Virus record (IMG/VR): IMGVR_UViG_3300030708_001737
Span: 1 to 37,606 of that record
Direction: 5' to 3' (one strand)
Source: a virus
Lineage: Duplodnaviria; Caudoviricetes
Length of the DNA stretch: 37,606 nucleotides
Shown: in pieces, positions 35,547 through 37,606 of the stretch
How the letters are laid out: every line of letters starts with the position of its first letter
Position numbering within the stretch: the stretch's first letter is position 1
The notes under the pieces: generated by a model
What the model was told of the DNA's origin: nothing
What the model saw: only the letters and a program-made list of their open reading frames with translations
The model's database searches: none
Program-made: the position numbers and the translations under genes

Positions 35547-36414
35547 CAGAATACTAGCCTTTGCGGGAACGAAGCAGTCGGGAAAAACAACCTGTTCCAA
35601 CTTTCTTCATGGCTATCAATTAAGATGTCACCACATTATTGATAACTTCACGATCACTAAGGACGGGCAGTTAATAGTCACTACTACTTCGGTCAATGAA
35701 AACGGCGGAGAGGAGCAGGGCAATGTTTTAATAGACGTGTCTAGATCGGACTTGGAGTTTGCTGAGTGGGCCGCGTACAGCATGTGGCCATTTATTAAAA
35801 AATATTCGTTTGCAGCCCCATTGAAAGAGATAGCAACCGGCCTATTCGGACTTAGGAACGAGCAGGTATACGGAACCGAACAGCAGAAAAATACTCTGAC
35901 GAACATAAAGTGGGGAGACATTCCTACACCAAACAAAAAGAAGAAGAACAAAAAGATGACGGCCAGAGAATTTTTGCAGTACTTTGGAACCGATGTTTGT
36001 CGTTCTATGTATGAAGATGTTTGGGTGGATAGGTGTATCAAAGATATCGAATACGAACAGCCTCTGCTGGCTATAGTGGATGATTGCAGGTTTCCTAATG
36101 AAGCCGACGCAATACAAAAGGCTGGAGGAAAAGTAATAAAGTTAACCAGATCCATTTATGAGGATAAACATAGCAGTGAAACAGCACTAGATGATTGGGA
36201 TAACTTTGATGCCGTTATAGATAGTGAGAACCTAGAGATACACGAAATGTGTCAATCTCTTATAGAGACGCTCAACTCTTGGGGCTGGATTGGGTCTGAA
36301 ATTCCCAAACCAGAGGTTAATAACGATCTTCGTAAGCAAATAGAAGAAGAGCAGGTGCCCGCCAAAGAGTTGGTGGGGGGTATACATACTATTAAAGAGG
36401 TTGAAGCAGAATGA
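35539..36414 (+). CDS. deoxynucleoside monophosphate kinase-like P-loop protein
   Basis: GTKQSGKTT, SFAAPLK, REFLQYFGT, DDCRFPNE, HSSE. Confidence 0.85.
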   Translation: MNSRILAFAGTKQSGKTTCSNFLHGYQLRCHHIIDNFTITKDGQLIVTTTSVNENGGEEQGNVLIDVSRSDLEFAEWAAYSMWPFIKKYSFAAPLKEIATGLFGLRNEQVYGTEQQKNTLTNIKWGDIPTPNKKKKNKKMTAREFLQYFGTDVCRSMYEDVWVDRCIKDIEYEQPLLAIVDDCRFPNEADAIQKAGGKVIKLTRSIYEDKHSSETALDDWDNFDAVIDSENLEIHEMCQSLIETLNSWGWIGSEIPKPEVNNDLRKQIEEEQVPAKELVGGIHTIKEVEAE

Positions 36415-37433
36415 TCGTAACATATATCAGGAGTTCGTCATATAATAATTATGACTACTGTCAAATGCAGTATTTCATAACATATGTTCTGGGACATAGA
36501 TCCACATCGGGTAAAAAGGCACAGCTCGGAACTATTGTACATAAAGTGATGGAGGTTCTTTCTTCCTGCAAGAAAAAACTTCAGGGCAATGAAGATAAAA
36601 AGAGCCTATATATAAATGACGACGCAATAGGCAAGGTTAACTTTACGCCCAGAAGCCTATTCACTAAGAAGTTTGTTTCAAAAATACTAGACAGAAGCTA
36701 TGAGCATTATACTAGCACATGCACACACAAGTATACCGGTGCTGACGTTAAGTTTTGTAGAACACAGGTTGAAACAGCCTTAACTTACAATGATGGTCAG
36801 TTTGATCCAAGAAAAAGAGACATTGTAGACGCTGAGCCACAGTTCGACATACCAATCGAAGAGCCTTGGGCTAAGTTCAAATACAAGATGCCAGACGGCG
36901 AAGAGATTGAAGGGCAGCTAGCAATCAAAGGAACCATTGACCTAGTGACCGAAGTTGCGGATGGCACTATAGAAGTTATTGACTGGAAAACCGGCAGAAG
37001 ACTAAATTGGGCGACCGGCGAGGAAAAAACATATGAGAAACTCTTAGAAGATCCACAGTTACTGCTTTATAACTATGCAATATCAAAGCTTTACCCCGAT
37101 TATAGTGAAGCCATCATGACGATATTCTTTATCAGAGACGGTGGGCCTTTTAGCATGTGTTTTGATGAATCGGACAGAAAAAAGTTTTTGGGAATGCTAG
37201 AAGCTAGAGTAAAACAGATACAAAGAAACAACTTTCCCCAGCCATGCTCCAGAAACAGAAGTCACTTCAAGTGTACAAAACTTTGTCACTTCTACAAAAA
37301 CAATTGGCCCGGTACAAATATTTCGATGTGTGAGCACGTAGAGGAACATTTAAAGGCGTTTGGAGAAGCAGAAACAGTAGAGAAGTGTACAAGAGAAGGA
37401 TTTAATATAGGATACTACGAGGCACCGGGATAA
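36411..37433 (+). CDS. PD-(D/E)XK exonuclease, Cas4 / AddB-like
   Basis: SSY..Y..C..QY, GTIVH.V.E, GTIDL, IDWKTG, QL.LY; C-terminal Cys cluster (CTKLC...C). Confidence 0.9.
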   Translation: MIVTYIRSSSYNNYDYCQMQYFITYVLGHRSTSGKKAQLGTIVHKVMEVLSSCKKKLQGNEDKKSLYINDDAIGKVNFTPRSLFTKKFVSKILDRSYEHYTSTCTHKYTGADVKFCRTQVETALTYNDGQFDPRKRDIVDAEPQFDIPIEEPWAKFKYKMPDGEEIEGQLAIKGTIDLVTEVADGTIEVIDWKTGRRLNWATGEEKTYEKLLEDPQLLLYNYAISKLYPDYSEAIMTIFFIRDGGPFSMCFDESDRKKFLGMLEARVKQIQRNNFPQPCSRNRSHFKCTKLCHFYKNNWPGTNISMCEHVEEHLKAFGEAETVEKCTREGFNIGYYEAPG

Positions 37434-37606
37434 TGATAGAGGTAGAGATAACGGAGCAGATGAAAAAACGGGCTTGGAGAAAGGCTCGTGAAATGGGGGA
37501 GATAAATAACTCAATAACAAAAGGCGAAGGGAACATTGCGGGTTTTTTGGGTGAACAAGTTGCTAATGAAATTATTAAAGGTGACGTAACCAACACCTAT
37601 AACTAT
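37433..37606 (+). CDS. hypothetical protein, 3' truncated (possibly restriction-endonuclease-like)
   Basis: TAATG coupling. MIEVEITEQMKKRAWRKAREMGEINNSITKGEGNIAGFLGEQVA... is open to the window end. Confidence 0.65.
   Translation, partial: MIEVEITEQMKKRAWRKAREMGEINNSITKGEGNIAGFLGEQVANEIIKGDVTNTYNY

Noticed and set aside
35628-36155. 175-aa minus-strand ORF, and the other minus-strand ORFs in the track
   Set aside because: They lie antisense to well-supported + strand genes and show no recognisable motifs, so they are shadow ORFs.

Overview
A 37.6 kb segment of a large, probably lytic, tailed dsDNA phage genome. Essentially all real genes are tightly packed on the + strand and use the standard code. 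It carries replication and recombination genes (ssb, recA/uvsX-like, dnaB, dnaG, a Cas4-like PD-(D/E)XK nuclease, a Vsr-like endonuclease) and a full dNTP supply set (nrdA, nrdB, thyX, dCMP deaminase, dNMP kinase, MazG-like). It also has phoH, hsp20, a compact sigma-70-family factor, glycosylation genes, a candidate lysis cassette and some putative virion proteins. Three things stand out. (1) An apparent operon of a PAP2 phosphatase and three divergent Tat-exported DUF1501 proteins, interleaved with small exported Cys-rich and Pro/Tyr-rich proteins; this points to a Planctomycetota host. (2) A 162-nt tRNA-shaped ncRNA upstream of hsp20, with a large pseudoknotted insertion in its D-loop. (3) A membrane-anchored, isolated RuvA C-terminal-like domain behind its own consensus promoter. 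Several small genes missed by the ORF track were found by hand, including a holin-like and a Lar-like protein. All family assignments come from motif recognition by eye; no database search was run.
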